Shown here: in pieces, positions 38,871 to 53,800 of the stretch
Numbering within the stretch: the stretch's first letter is position 1
Layout of the letters: the number at the start of each line of letters is the position of its first letter
Made by a program: the position numbers and the translations under genes
Source of the DNA: Marsupella aquatica
Lineage: Eukaryota > Plantae > Marchantiophyta
DNA length: 64,000 bases
Assembly: GCA_973895155.1 (NCBI GenBank)
Contig: OZ316892.1
Coordinates: forward strand, 12,526,238-12,590,237
Reading direction: 5' to 3'
The notes under the pieces: generated by a model
Told to the model about the DNA's origin: nothing
The model's database searches: none
What the model saw: the letters and a program-made list of their open reading frames with translations, nothing else

Positions 38871-41777
38871 AACATGTAACTCGTGCAATACCAAGTGACT
38901 ACATGCTTACAGTTAGAATGACATTCATAAAGAAACTCACAACTCTTCCAACTGGATAGAATTGCATTCTTTCATGGTATAAAGGAAGTTGAGACTATGT
39001 GTTGAAACCACATTGCTGAAGTCATAAAGATATGACAAGAGGGGCTTGCCTATTTCTCCTCTTGGTATGTCTTTATCGCTTTAAATTGTGCCCTTGACTT
39101 TGTCTTTATCATGGGGCCTAAGGCCCTACATAATGTTGAAATCTTACTAGTGTCTGACTCCACAAGTGCCAAAGCTGGGATAAATGCCAAAGGAACATGA
39201 GTGCACACCTCAAGGGTTCTCAAAGAAGGTTTACCTAGGGTTTGCACTTAACCCAGGAAGAGCCTTTGGGCGTCTGCAGGGAGTAGTGAGGATGGAAAAG
39301 ATTAGGAGGGTCTAGGCAAAGCATTTCTAAACAATCTAATATGTGGCCTAAGAGACACCGTAAAACTCAATTTATTACCTACACTAGACAATGACTTTGG
39401 AGTCCACAATGTTGCAAAGTTGGAACCCTAAAAGATATGAGTAAGTATCATCCTTCACTACATATTGATGGGAATTGCAATGCTCTTCTTTGTCTCAATG
39501 ATAAGCTTCTTGGTGCTTCAACTACAGAGTCTATATGACAAGGCTTAATGCTTGGATGTGAGGGTTACTCCATAACACACAAGGCGAACATAAAGATCAA
39601 ATATAATGGATAAGGGTCATCCCCCTTTGCCAAGTCTAATATCAAATAAAAAGGTGTCAAGAAAAGTAATATTCTCGAAAGCTTAAGCAAGGAGCCACCT
39701 CAGGTGTTTTGACTTAGAAACACCAAGGGGCTGGTGCCCTCTGGCAAATCCAAGCTAAAACACCCTCCTGACAGTATGTTATAGTACTCATATTCTGCGG
39801 AGCGATTTCTCGGAGGTAGAATTTTCTTTGAGAGTAGTGGGATGGAAAATGCTCCAATTTGCAAATGAGTTTAAACACATAAATATATATAAACAAATAA
39901 ATACAGTGTCTCATCTTCCAAACTTTACTATTTTAACTAATATATAAACCTTAAAATGTATATATAGAAAGTTAAAACAGTCTAGCTTGGAAATGAGAAA
40001 GAAAGATACTCAAAAATTGGGATTGGCTTCATGTGTCTTGTTTTGGGTGCAGGAGCCACACGATAGCAGGACAAGGGCCAAGCTGCAGATCAGGTTGACT
40101 GGTGGTAGAGGCTGGGGTATTTCTACCCTCCAATTCTGGATAGTCCTACAGGGCGGACCATGGCAGCCTATGCTCTACTAGTAGTAGTTGAGTGCCTAGG
40201 AGCATATCCCTGGACCTTTCCCGGGGGGCTTTTTGTGGGGGTGGTGGAGGGTGGTTGGCTTCAAGTCACAGTTTTGTGAATTTTGTGTACCCTACCAGTT
40301 AAAGGGGTGTGATAGAACCCCACCGTACCTGAGGGTGGACACCAGCATATTTCCAGATTACACCTCCCCAAGACGTTATGGCCACTTTTGGCAAAAATCC
40401 TCGAGATTGTTTGCATCCCATGAGCCAGTGTCCTACCCCCATTTGCCAGAAACTAAGGGTCATCCTTAAATCTAGGGAAATCTACTGGTCATGAAATAAT
40501 TCAATAAAAATAGATACAGAATATTTCTAGCATCATCTCCCTGAGCCTGAATTTGCCACACGCTAAATAAGAAAAACATTAAAAAACATGCTGCTGGACA
40601 CCACTTTCTTGTCACCATGGAGCATCCCCATCCCCTATTTGGGTGAATGGCGAGTTTGTTGGTGGGCCGAGTTGAACAAGGCTCAGAGCACTTTGAGCAC
40701 AACCCCATCCAGTTGGTTTGGCAAGACTTTGGCGTGAGCTGGGCGGGAGGCCACTCGCCAGAAGTGGCACAACGGAGGCACCATTTAAGGGACAGGTCCT
40801 TTGGTTGTGCCCCCTTGTTTGGATCTTTTGCCTGAAGGATCATGTCTCCTGGTTGGGTGCCCTTTGTTTTTATTTTTGGAGGTTTAGAATTTTTCTAGAA
40901 AGGCAAGAAAAGGTGGGGCATGCCAAATGCATTTTGGCTAGGAGGTCGCGGCAAAGATTTTGGCTAGGAGGTCGCGGCAAAGATTATCCCCGCGGCAAAT
41001 ATTGTCCCCGCGGCAAATATTGTCCCATCCAGACACTCCCTGCAGTTGGTGTGTATATGGGGGGGGGGGGGGGGGGTTTGCTCTCTAACAACTTCACAAG
41101 GCGTGGAGGGTGAGGGTACGGCGCGGGAGGACAAAAGTCGCGATTGGCTCCAACAGGCGTGGAGCGAATGCGGGGGATCGTGGAGTGAGAGCGGGGTGGG
41201 GGCCGCGATGGAACCCGGAAGACAAGCATCCCCAAGACAGCATCGCAGCGGGAGGGAGGGGGGGGGGGCGGCGTCCTCAGCGTCAGCTTGATGGAACCGA
41301 TGACTCCACGTCGCAGAGTCCGCCCAGGATGGATGGGGAAGGTGCGGTCCGATGGCGAGTCCACCCGGCACCGCTCCAGTGGCGGAGCTGCCTAGACCAG
41401 TGTGGTTCATTTATATTTATCGTATCGCCCCCTCAGGTCCGGCCCCTCCCTCGCCCCCCGCTCCCTGGACCACACGTTCTCGCGGTCCCCCGAATCCCCT
41501 GCCTTTCTGCCGTTTGCCTTTGCCAATCCCTTCGTTCCCACCTCACTCTCGACCTCGCTCCTCCACAATCGCCCATCGCCCATCGCTCGCTCGCCTCCCT
41601 ATCTCCCCCTCCGCCTCCGCTCATCACCGCACCGCCATCGCTCTTATTGCAATCCTCTGCCCCATATCCCCCAGTGCAGAGCTGCGCAGGCCAGGCAATT
41701 TCAGTTTTTTCCTCAGATTCGGCTTTGAGAGTGTCGGTGGAATTTTTGGAGACAGGAATCGCGGGAAGAAATTGAGA

Positions 41778-43793
41778 ATGGCCCTGATGGCTATGTCGAC
41801 GAGCTTGGCCTCCAACGCCCAGGCCGTGAGCCTCGGCAAGAGTGACTTCTCCGGAAGGAGCCTGCAGAGCCGGCAGCCTGCATCCGCTGCCTTCGTCAAG
41901 TCGAAGAGCAAAGTGGCCACTGGAGTCAGAGCTGGTGGATACTCCGATGAGCTCGTCAAGACCGCTGTGAGTGCACGGAACTCGATGTGGGTTGAAGCGA
42001 TGCGGGGGTGGTTGATGCGTAGATTTTGACGCATTTGGAGTGTGGCTGAATGGTGTCGTTGAGGATTTTCTGGCTTGTGTGTGTTGGAGTGATTTTACTT
42101 CTCAGCGAGTGTTTGTGTCGAGGATTGGTCGGTTGCATCAAGCAGACACCGCTTGTGCCGTCAAGGATTGTTGTAGATCTTGGAGATAGTGAATTGGAGG
42201 ATGTTCTGTTGTTTGTAGAAATGTAGAGTCCGTCGGTGTTGCTTTGTTCGAATTACAAGAGGAATGACGATCTACTCTCTTCGCAGAAAACCATTGCCTC
42301 TCCAGGACGCGGAATCCTCGCCATGGACGAGTCGAACGCTACCTGCGGACTCCGACTCGCCTCTATCGGCATGGAGAACACCGAGGCGAATCGACAGGCG
42401 TACCGTCAGTTGCTTGTCACCACGCCCGATATTGGTGACTACGTGTCCGGAGCTATTCTTTTTGAGGAGACACTCTATCAGTCCACCATTGACGGATCTA
42501 AGACATTCGTCGATGTCCTTATTGGGCAGAAAGTTGTTCCTGGCATCAAGGTCGACAAGGTATGCTTGTAGCGGAGTGCTTTTTCGCAGGTCATCTGCAT
42601 CGACTATTTTTCTTCTGTGAGGATGATGCTGTGTTGTTTCTAGCCGCTAATATTAGGACTTCTTTCTTCCCGAGCAGTTGCTCTTGTCGAATTACGGCAT
42701 TCTCAAGTGTTTCGGCGTGTCTACGATGTGTAGGGTTTGGTGCCGTTGGCTGGGTCGAACAACGAGTCTTGGTGCCAGGGTCTCGATGGATTGGCTTCCA
42801 GAACTGCTGGCTACTACAAGCAGGGTGCTCGCTTTGCCAAATGGTGAGTGATTCTCGTGGGGTCTGATTGTCATTGCAAGATTGTGCCATTTTAGAATTA
42901 TTGAAATTTTGTTGTTCTTGGTCTGCCCTAATGCTGTCCGTTCACAACAGGCGCACAGTGATCAGCATCCCCAACGGACCCTCCGAGCTCGCTATCACCG
43001 AAGCTGCATGGGGCCTTGCACGGTATGCGGCCATCTCTCAAGACAATGGGCTCGTCCCCATTGTTGAGCCTGAGGTCCTCCTGGACGGATCTCACGGTAT
43101 TGATGCCACCGCGGAGGTCGCAGAAAAGGTGTGGGCGAAAGTGTTCTACTTCCTGGCCCAGAACAATGTCTTGTTCGAGGGTATCCTGCTGAAGCCTTCC
43201 ATGGTAACTCCCGGAGCCGAGTGCAAGGAGAGAGCTACCCCAGAGAAGGTTGCTCAGTACACATTGACTTTGTTGAAGAGGCGTGTTCCCCCCTCCGTGC
43301 CCGGAATTATGGTATGACTCCTAGCCTCCCTGTTTCGTCAGGTCCTTCCATGCTGCGTTTGGCTTTTATCAAAGATCCATGGCTACACGGATTTGAAGTT
43401 GAGTAGAAGCCTTGCTGCCGCAATTCTCGATTCTTGCGGGAGTAACTCGTCTCTTGTCGCTCGCGTGTACTTTCCAATGTCCAGTACTGACGTTTTTTGC
43501 TCCGTGTCTGGCAGTTCTTATCCGGAGGTCAATCTGAGGTTGAGGCTACCCTGAACCTGAATGCGATGAACCAAAGCCCGAACCCGTGGCACGTATCTTT
43601 CTCATACGCCCGGGCGCTCCAAAACAGTGTCCTCAAGACCTGGAAGGGTCAACCCGAGAACATTGAGGCCGCGCAGAAAGCTCTGTTGATCCGTGCGAAG
43701 GCCAACTCTTTGGCACAAGTGGGAAAGTACTCTGCAGAGGGAGAGGCTGAGGAAGCCAAGACCGGTATGTTCGTGAAGGGATACGTTTATTAG
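41778..43793 (+). CDS. FBA: Fructose-bisphosphate aldolase, class I, plastid-targeted; 5 exons
   Basis: Exons 41778-41966, 42287-42559, 42734-42843, 42951-43311, 43515-43793. Ser/Ala-rich transit peptide, then [71 protein letters not shown] and C-terminal GMFVKGYVY. Confidence 0.97.
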
Positions 43794-46729
43794 GAATCTT
43801 CATTATGTCATGATTGGGTTCCGTGCAGAGTTTGGTGAGACACGAGAAGCAGCATTCTCACCGACCCTGGAGAATTTTACCTGCGTAGTTTTGTCTGAAA
43901 ACTTTAGTTTTATTGAGCCAATATTTGAGTTCCTGGCGAGCAAGTAGTTTGATATATGTACCTTTAATAAATTTTTCATGGGCGCATCTCTCGATGAGAT
44001 AATCTAGGCGTAAATGATACCTACGTCTGCATTTCTAGCATTGTCCAGCGACGTTGTAAGCATACCATATCCGTCGACATTTAAGCCGCCGTTCGAAAAT
44101 CTACAATTTGGCTCCTGTAACCGGTTCCCGGACGTCGTAATCGAAGTCCTTTCTATCATCACATCAGGAAATGGATTAATGTCATTTTCATTTGCTCAGC
44201 CCGTTCAATGGCCCGTTCATTTGTTCATTTCAGTTACGACTCTTGCAAAGAAGTCTTATCCCCGGTCGGTCGTTCGTCCGTTAAACGCGTCTCTCAGTGA
44301 ATTGAACTTATTGACCTTTAGCCATGCCGAGTTTCCCGTAGAATGCTATAAAGAATGGTGGCTTTCAATGGAAACCGGAATTGTCGAGTATGTTCTTTCC
44401 GTAGCACCTGAAGCTTGTATTTAGATTCAGGAGCGGCTGCCCCAACGAATGTCCAGGAACTGTAGCTAAGATTAAACTTTACTTCATTCTACAATTTTGG
44501 AAATAGAAGTTGATCGTTAGTTCGACTTTAAAGTAGTGCCCTTTCCACGAGAACGGCGTCACCACCTCCGTTGCTCCCTACCCATAGGTAATTGGCCTTT
44601 GCTGAAGCGGATAGAGCAGTCACCGCGAAACTCGGTACTTGCTGCCCGTACTTCAACGTGACGGACTTATCGAGGAATCCTGGCTGAGAAAGCAAATGAG
44701 CGGTCTGAGAGCAGACCTGAAGTTGTCTTTCCAAAATTCGGAGAAAGAGTGAGCTTGAGTTGTGATCTCCCCAAACTCTCCGATGTTTCTGGGCGGTTGC
44801 GGTACACAAAGAGAATGTGAATTTGGAATTGGGAAGGCTTTGTTACGACTGGAGAGTCTGCCCTCCTCAAGAGGACACTCGAGAGTCTAGACGTTGCCAA
44901 GCGAATCGAATCGAATCGTCCATAGTAAGGAAGGTGGCAAAGGAAGGGAGACATAGTTCAAGTTGGTTTTGGCAATCCATCTTTTCAATCAGTGTGCAAT
45001 GTAAGTTCTAAATCTGAGAACTCAACATGGAGGACCAAAGACTGTTCTCCCCATTGTATATGTGTGGTGCACATAGAGTAACCTTGAGAGATAAACCTTC
45101 GTCCACACAGCTACAAGCCTCATCTCGAGCAAATCTCTAGAGGAGCATCTTCTTTATATCAATTAATCTATGCCAGTTTTCAAAACTCTGTCCACTGAAA
45201 ATTGAGGGTAATCGATCAAAAAGAAAGACACCCTTCGACAATCCCGAATAGTTGGTCGACACTTGTGTCCTTTGGGCTGAAAGGGAGGGGCTTTTGTGCA
45301 CTTTGTGAAGATTGTAACACTACAGTGAAAATGCTTTCGGAGAGATTCGATGCAACTCATATCCAGAATATCATTCAGGACCACATATCTTCAAAGAATC
45401 TGGGCTTTGACGAAGAAAAGCAACCAATCGAAGTGATCTCAGGGCAGTTCACAAAAATGAGACGACCAAAGTTGAGTGGTCACTTTGTTTCAGTATACCT
45501 CATCCAGAGGTGTGACCAAAAAAGGTGGTTACGTAATGCATTTAATTAATCTCATTATGCACCTGCACAAGAGACTACACATCCTTTCAAAATACCAACC
45601 CCATAAGTGGTCTAAACTTTGTTTGAGACTCAGAGGACCTTTCAAAATATCATTTCTGTAGATGCTTGGATTTTGGTGGGAATCACACCATCCAGGGGCC
45701 CTTCTAATTAAAACATCATCACCTTCTCCACAGGTGCTTTTGAACTTTGGTGGAAACTACACCATCCAGAGGTCCTTTTAAATAGCACCTTCCACAGGTG
45801 GTCTAAACTTTGGCCAAAACTCCATTATCTCCATAAGCTTTTATGTGGGACCCATCTTTTTGGGGGACCCACCATATGTACTCCAGGATAGGCAGAAGTA
45901 CATGTAGGGTTGGGAGAAGTCCAGTACAAATGATCTCTCAAGTGCATGTCAAGTCAAAAAGTGAACCTGTCATCTTATTAAAATGGGATGAGAAGCTAGA
46001 GTTGGGGTTTAGGCTTATGGAGTGAAAGCCTCTAGACCCTGACTCTAGGGCCCACAACAATTTATGTGGATGGAAAGAATCATGGGATCTTATGTATGTC
46101 AAAGTGATGATCATGCATGATAAATTTTGTCCTCGTTTGATATAAATTGTTGAAATGGAAATCTAAAAAACAAATATTTGAACTGACCACTCCATTCTTG
46201 TACTCTCATTAGTGTAAAGTCCCCCTAAAACTCATGCACAACTACCCCTAGTGCCATCCTATTCGTGCAGGGCCTGTGTGAACCAATTAGTACTTTTTAC
46301 CTAGAAAATAATACCATGCCAAAATATAATTCTCTTTTCTCAGATTTTTAAATTAGAAAATAATGTATACCTTGACTAGTCACGTTTTCCATCCGGATGA
46401 TTAAAATACTCTTCAAACTGACATGCAAAAATTCTTTGGGGGTTTCACAAGCAACCCCCAAAAACATTATCAAGGAAAACAGTAAAATTGGCCTCACCTA
46501 CTCCAGCAGAGTTTTTCATACGATTGAGGCTTGAGTGGGTATATATACTTGTAGAATATAAATTTGTATGGTGATCACCCTTTCCACCCTATAAGTTTGT
46601 ATTTTGATTTATGTTCCAAAAATCATCTCAATAAATGAGCGGCTAGTAATGCGTGGCTCATAGTATCCAGTCTTTCTGAAATTTGTATGTTAAATCACCC
46701 TTTTCCACAATGTCTGCTTTTTAATTGTT

Positions 46730-48060
46730 TTATAAATAATTTTATTCATAACGGAGCAAGGCCCAAGTTGATGAGGACCAACGGGGGACAGGGATAAAAG
46801 CCCAGGAGCCGGGCAAAAGGCACCCGCGGAAGCCGCAGTACCACTGGGCACCAAACAACAAATTCCCATGCCCCTAGGTCCAGACCTTGGGACCGACAGG
46901 GATCCTAGCCAGCCACCTCATAATGGCCAAAAATTGAATCCACCTATGCTTAATTTGTTTACAATCAGACTTAAACAGGAAATGATTATCATTACAAGCC
47001 TGCCTATCTCTGCACTGCCAAAGGGAGGTGGGGCAGACCTTACTCGTGTCCTCATTTGTAAACAAATTACTAGTGAACATAGCTTTATGCTGGTCAGTGG
47101 CTCTGAGTTGATTGGTATAAGCCCTTGTCGGGCCTTGGTAAGAGCAGATTTATTATTGAGAGTCTTGGTCTGTTGGAGAATAATATCAACATGAACCCTG
47201 GCGCAGGGGAAATCTAGTAGAAGGTGCATTGAAATTTTGGGGCACCTTTCAAGACACAGGGTGTTAACCATTGCAGCAAGCAATAGCATTTGCCCTGCAT
47301 TTATCTTTTGGGTTTTAATGGCAGTGTCAATCTTACCAAAAAGAGAGGAACCAGCAGCTTTGTCAAAGAGAGTACCATCCATGGGCTACCTGTTCAAGAA
47401 TGTCCATTGTTGAGTTATCTTGGGGCAATCTCTGAACATGTGATCAAATTCTCCTATGTTGTACAGTGTAGTTGGGGCAAAGACCTTTACTAAGACCCCA
47501 CTTGTAAGCATGAGAGGTAGTAAAAAAGCCAACATGTAAGACTTTTCAGGTAACCAGTCTCCATAATTAAGTGTTTCCACCTCTGCTGCCACATTTGGAG
47601 GTGTCAAGCAGGTGCCATCTGCAATTGAGAGAAATAACTGCATGTTGTGGTCTCTATTCATGTTGGCCCAAATTTGTGTGGGAAGAAAACAACCATGCTC
47701 TTTTTCATCAGTCCATTCCCAGCTCCACCCAGTAAAACTAGTTCTCAAAGTTGTGGACTTCAATTGAGAGTGCTCAAGTGAGATCATATATAGAACATAC
47801 ATCAGAGATGTGAGAGTTTGGTGGGAGAGCTTGGTGATGCTTCTATGTATACACAACCGTGAATAAAGTTGTGTCATTCCGTGGACAAAACCTGCCATGA
47901 GGTGAACCATGTAACAACCAAGTAATTATAAGTGTATGGCTTGAGTTTTTTCCTGAGCTCAATTTCCTCCGTAGTGCAAGGCAACCATCCCTCTTGGTCT
48001 GGTTGTCCTAATGTTACCTTGCAGCTTGGCAAGAGTTTTCCCCTTGCCCATTTTCCATTC
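46730..48060 (-). mobile_element. Degenerate LINE (non-LTR retrotransposon) 3' fragment
   Basis: Broken minus-strand ORFs with a Trp-rich region and CLERCPKISMHLLLDFPCA, resembling the zf-RVT C-terminus (CxxC...HL...CP.A); A-rich end near 46715-46750 on the minus strand. Confidence 0.5.
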
Positions 48061-48298
48061 AAATAGTTTGAGGACCCCTTGGTTATTAAGTTAGATGTTA
48101 TTTAGCAAGTTGGAGCAACCATGAAGAGTTGCCTATTGGAATAGGTTTGAAATGGAGATGATGGACAAAAGGAGGAGATTATTTGTGGTAACAGTCCATG
48201 CAAAATGTTCCCTAAGTACTCCTATATATGTCCATACAGTCCCTGTAACATTCCAGAGAGTCCATGCAAATTGTTAGTAGCTGAAACTTTTCTTATGC

Positions 48299-48460
48299 TC
48301 CCTTGGTATTCATGTGTCCATAGTAGCCGAAGGGTTTCTTATTGTCCCTTGGTATTACTTTGTCCATAGTAGCCAAAGGGTTTCTCACTGTCCCTTGGTA
48401 TTCCTTTGTCCATAGTAGCCAAAGGGTTTCTTTTATGTTACCTTGGGTAATGTCATAGTA
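48299..48460 (+). repeat. Minisatellite, 46-bp period, 3 units plus a partial
   Basis: tcccttggtatt...tgtccatagtagcc(g/a)aagggtttct at 48299, 48345 and 48391. Confidence 0.9.
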
Positions 48461-49854
48461 GGTTTACAATTTACCCAAAAGATAAATCCACATCAACTGG
48501 TAAATGCAATCCACATCACCAAGTGATTGCAATCCACATTATCAGGCGACTCTTGTAGTTCTATAAACAAGAAAACAGAAACTTAGTTGTCTACACACTA
48601 TAATATGTAATCCCTCCAAAATACCTCTATGATCTGTTTATAATTGAGTTACGGGTGGAGAGCAGTCTTGCCATTGGATTATGGGCCAGTTTTATCACTG
48701 TTGGATCACCCATAGACCCCTCCTAAATTCTGCCAGTGTATCTCCCTCTGCCCACCTTTTGCACTATGCCTCCCCACCCAATGCCTGCGCAGGGAGGAGG
48801 TGGAGAAGAGAGAGGGAGAAGAGGGGAAAGGCAGAAATATTAAAATGCCTCCTCCTTCGATGTCGCATCCCTTTGCCCTCACTCCACCCTACTTTCTTAT
48901 TCTCCCTTGCTTGTCCTCTGAACAAACTGTTAGCAGCTCACCATGGTGCCATGGCCCAACCTGATGTGCGATGCTGTTGACTAGGTTTTGCTTTGACATT
49001 TCATCATCAAACAATCAGAGGCAAGGATGTCATTGAGGCATGGAAGTGTTATGCCCAGGGGAAAGGAAATGTTGTGCAGGCAAGGAATTGTTGAGTGTTG
49101 TTGATGCCGGGTTTGATACAAAAGTATTGTTGAAGCAAAACCGAGTCAATGTTGTTGCACGTCAAGCTGGGCCATGGTACCATACGGTGTTGCTGACCAT
49201 TTGTCAAGAGGGCGAGTGGGGTCGGGGGGGGGGGGTGAGTGGTGACGGCAAGGGAGTATTACCTAGCCACCCAATGCCCTCACCAAACTCCTTGAGCAAG
49301 TAGGATGCCCGTATCACCGCCAACGACAACTCCCATACGAGGTCAAGGCGCTCGGGCAGGCTTTAGGAGGGGTCTTGGGGCAATGGTGATCCAACACTGG
49401 CCAAAAACCAGACACATCACCGTGTGGCCAGTGTTGCCCCCTGCCCGCAACTCAATTGGTAATCAGATGATGAAGGAGTTTTGGAAGGATTATGTATTAT
49501 AGTGTATACACATACACATACAGTAGATACATGAGACTCAACTAATCTTTTCGTGACCACACTTCTTCTATCTTCACATGTGAAATGCAAATTTTGAAGT
49601 CCCACTACTTGATTTCATTTCCTTGTATAAAACCTTCGAAGAGTGTACTGTAAAAGGTAGAAATGCATACTTTATGCCAGTGTAGTAAGATGAGTGTGCC
49701 CCTTCTACAGTACTACGGATCACTCGTTCGCGAATGTGCGCGCTATCCAACAATTAATTGCTGGCCAGTCATCGAATATAATCATCTTCCAATGAAGGTG
49801 GTGACATAACACCAGCTTCGTATCGCAACCCAGCTCTAAAATTTGCTCTGAGTG

Positions 49855-50014
49855 CAATTCTGTGTGAAGAGGACTCTTAAGCTCCAAACGAGCCATGGAG
49901 ATGCCGAGTCCAATTCTGTGTGAAGAGGACTCTTAACTCCAAACAGCCATGGAGATACCGAGTCCAATTCTGTGTGAAGAGGATTCTAAACTCCAAACGA
50001 GCCATGGGGATGCC
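49855..50014 (+). repeat. Minisatellite, 3 units of about 55 bp, upstream of CLCe
   Basis: caattctgtgtgaagagga(c/t)tct...ctccaaac.agccatgg.gat.cc at 49855, 49911 and 49965. Confidence 0.92.
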
Positions 50015-50887
50015 TTTTGATATGTACTGTGACCAATTTTGATCAGGACTAGTTTTGAGAAGTTTGAGTGGCGATCTCCGTTGATAATCCCACTCACGAC
50101 ATCCTTTTTCAGACTGCCTGATGACAGTAGTCTGTGCTGTCGCAGAGGAGAGAGCTCAAGGTGACGAGACTGGTTAGTTGGTGCTCAGATTCTTTGTCCT
50201 CGGACGTCACGGCGCTCTCTCGTTTCCAATTTCGAGCCTCTCCCTTGTAAAAAGATTCAGGAGCTATTGGAAATGGAGAATTCGACTTCGCTGGATCGCA
50301 GGAGATTGCCACCTAAATCTTGAATCAGCGAGGCCGTATTGGGTCTGATTGTTTTTTGATGCAATGAATTGGGGCACCAATAGAACGAACTTGTCTAAGC
50401 GCAGTACGCTCGGCATTTTCCGTGAGCGACTCCTACGATATGACAGACCAGAGCAATGTCCTCTGGTAACAAGGGGCAGGGAATTTGTCCACACTGGCGG
50501 AGTCGTTGGAAGCCTTTCAGCATCAGCTACATTACTGATATATTCGTTGTTTGATGCTCAATGCAAAGAAACGAGTGCACAACTGAACAGGTGCATGAGC
50601 TAGGAGTTCAGTCGGTCCCACTATCTGTACTTGGGGTAGCTTACTTTGCTTCTCTTTCTCCTACATCTCAATTTTCTGATAGGGTGTGATCTGGATTGAA
50701 ACAGATTGGGTTGAAAGAAAATGAGTTTCTTACATTTCATCTGTGATACTCAAGTGCAGCAAGACGGCTTAATGTTTATCTGGTATCGCGGAAACTTTTA
50801 ATGATTTCATCGTAGACAGATACAAAGCCCGAATCTTGTTTAGCCAGAAACCGCTTCTGAATCTTAATCTCGCACCAGCATAAAGAA

Positions 50888-53800
50888 ATGCCCGTATTCC
50901 GGGGAGGATTTATGATCCGGAATCCTTCAATCTACAAGGGCGCCCCTTATGCTCAAAATAAGATCAAGAATGTAGCTGCACTTCATCACAACCAGGACTT
51001 ATCACCAACAGAGGTCCGCAAGAAACTGAAAAGGTGTAGGCACTCCAGGCTGGGACGGCGTGCTACCATTTTGTCGAGACAAGACCCTTACATTAGAGAG
51101 AATGAAATGGTCTGTAGAAAGAGGTTACCTCTCGGGAAATATCGGAAGAGTCATCACATGGAGAATCTTGGCCAAAGTGGTTTCATATGGCAGAGGGCGC
51201 AGAGGAAGTTGCAGTCTGAAGACGTTCATGGAGTTGGAGCATGCATCAGTCAACTGAGGCCTTGTCATTTCCGATCACAATCTCCTGAATCGCAATGTGG
51301 ATCAGAGTTTGCAGCGGCACACGGCGTGGCTAAAATACAAGGAAAAGATGCCAAAAGAAGCACAATTTCAAATGAAGGGGCACTATTGAGATTCTCTAGG
51401 TTTAGGAAGGAGTTTGATTCAAATTTCTTTCTTAGAGCAGTGACTGATGATCGGGAGGCTTTAAGAGATGAAGGAAAGGAAAGCGATCTCATAGAGAAAC
51501 CCCAGGAGAAAAATGTTCGCAGAGGAGGACTACTTCTTGGATCATATGCAACCACCACAGCCATTGCTATTCAAGACTCACTTCCACCAGAGGGATTTGC
51601 TGTACTACTGTCTTGTGCTGTTGGGCTCTTGACAGGAGTATGTGTAGTCCTTTTCAATCTTGGGGTAATGTACTCTCATGTTTTTCCTCTGCTAAGCTTG
51701 AGTATTGCTCACGTGGTTGTCCTTTGGGCCTGGAGATGGTTCTGTGGCTGTGTGAAAGCGTTATCTAAGAAAAGCCGTATTGCGTCTGATGGAATTGGAC
51801 ACACGGTTTACTACTTAAGTCTATTCTGGGTAATGTGAGGAGTAGTCTACCTTACAGTCTTTGGAGTTGCATAGAAACGATGTGGAGCACATTTTTCGAA
51901 AGGGCTTAAGAGAATTAGGAGCTACCAAAAATACTGGACAGACAAGATAAGCTGTTAAATTCAATTTAAAGTCTGCCAGGCCAAATTGCAAATGCTTCGA
52001 CATGACATTCTGTGATTCAGGTTTGTGACATTGATTCCTACAGGTACATGAGATACATGACATTGTGTGGAAGGATACACCAAACATTGGTGCAGCCTGG
52101 ATACGAACTCAACCCCTTGAAACCACATGGCAACAAATTATCCTGATACCTGCTGGTGGTGGGATAGTTGTTGGAATATTGAACACTCTCCGGACAGCTT
52201 TAGATGGATCCAAGGAAGATAATTCTCTCTCGAGCTATTCCAAGGGGTTTGTACGACAATTGCTGAAGACAGGGGCAGCAGTGATCACTCTCGGTACTGG
52301 TAGCTCACTTGGTCCGGAAGGACCGAGTGTTGAAATTGGGGCATCAATTGCTACTGGCGTAACAAGTGTCTTAAAGAGCAGTAGAGAACGAAAACTCTCA
52401 CTGGTTGCTGCAGGGTCTGCTGCAGGCATTGCTTCAGGTGAGGATTATGATTCAACTTCAACCTATCATCATACTCTCCAATCCAATTTTTAATATATTT
52501 TGCACAATCCTGATTTCGTCCGTCTAGACAACACGAAATTGGATAGGTATTCGCGCGTTAATCGCTGTGACGTTTGAAAGTCAATCACATTTTATTGTAT
52601 GAAAGCTAGTCTTGGGCCACTGTCGTGGTCTGTGGCACTTTCAAAGTCTTCACCACATGAATATATCGCAATATGGGAAAAATCGTTCAGATGCACTACG
52701 GTCTAAGAAATCTAACGTAACATCTGAACACTTTTCTAACTAATTGGTACCCTTCAAATGAAGCTTATTCACTGGACAGAAAAGTAATGCTATCTCTTCT
52801 GGTAAGATGGTCAAACGTGCAGGTTTCAATGCGGCTGTGGCTGGCTGCTTCTTTGCTGTAGAATCGGTTTTACCAGGCCTTTCATCAGCGGATTCAGCAC
52901 CATCACTTACCACAGCAATGGTTCTTCTAAGTTCTGTATTAGCTTCTGTTGTATCACAAGCAGGGCTGGGGTCTGACCCAGCTTTCCGGATTCCAGCCTA
53001 TGATTTTCGTTCGCCAACTGGTTGGTTCGCTTTACCCCGGTACCAAATTTTCACAGTGAAAGACCTCGAAAGAATTAGCTTTCTGGAAGATGATAAGCAC
53101 TGTGGTTCTTGGAATGTCCTCTATACTTGCTCAAAATATTTTGGAAGAGGAGTATATGCTAAAGTATTTTCCCGTGTCCAAAATATCTTGCGTAGATAGC
53201 TTCCTTGTACATTCTGAGAGATATTACTCCTTAGTCCAGCCTAACGTTAAGCGACACTTTAAAGAGGTTGGCTATGGATGTTCTTGTCAAACGTGTAGGG
53301 TTAATGTGTGTCGGGCAAGGCATCTCTACAAGGTCTAGGAATGGCACACGCCATGAGGTGGAGACCAAGCCATTTTCCAAGAGCCCCATTCATTCGTGAA
53401 CAGACTATCTTCGTCGCTTCATGCATTCTGGCCAGTGTATTTTGCTGTATACTTTAGTGAGGAGATTACTCGCTGTGGAGTGGTTGCATGACGTATCTTC
53501 TCTTTGAGTACCGGCTGTGAGTATGCTTTCGGTATGGATGAGTGGTGTTGAGTGGCTTTATGAACGCTCCTAGTTGACATGATGCAGTTCATCTGTAGTG
53601 CTAAGCATGTCAGGGTTATGTCACTTTAGGGGGAATTAATGTTAGATAGTTATACCCACTAGCCCAGGACCATTTGTAAGAGTGAGAAAATAAAGTAAGA
53701 CACCATGGCTGGCTTCATAAATATCCGATAGAAGCCAGGCTCTATTTGAAGTCAGGGTACCTAGATAAGGTACCTGGCTTTAACCATAATAACAGAAAGT

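Noticed and set aside
41352-41777. Long in-frame N-terminal extension of aldolase (225-aa ORF)
   Set aside because: Low-complexity C-rich leader that begins upstream of the TATA-like box; a typical transit peptide starts at ATG 41778.
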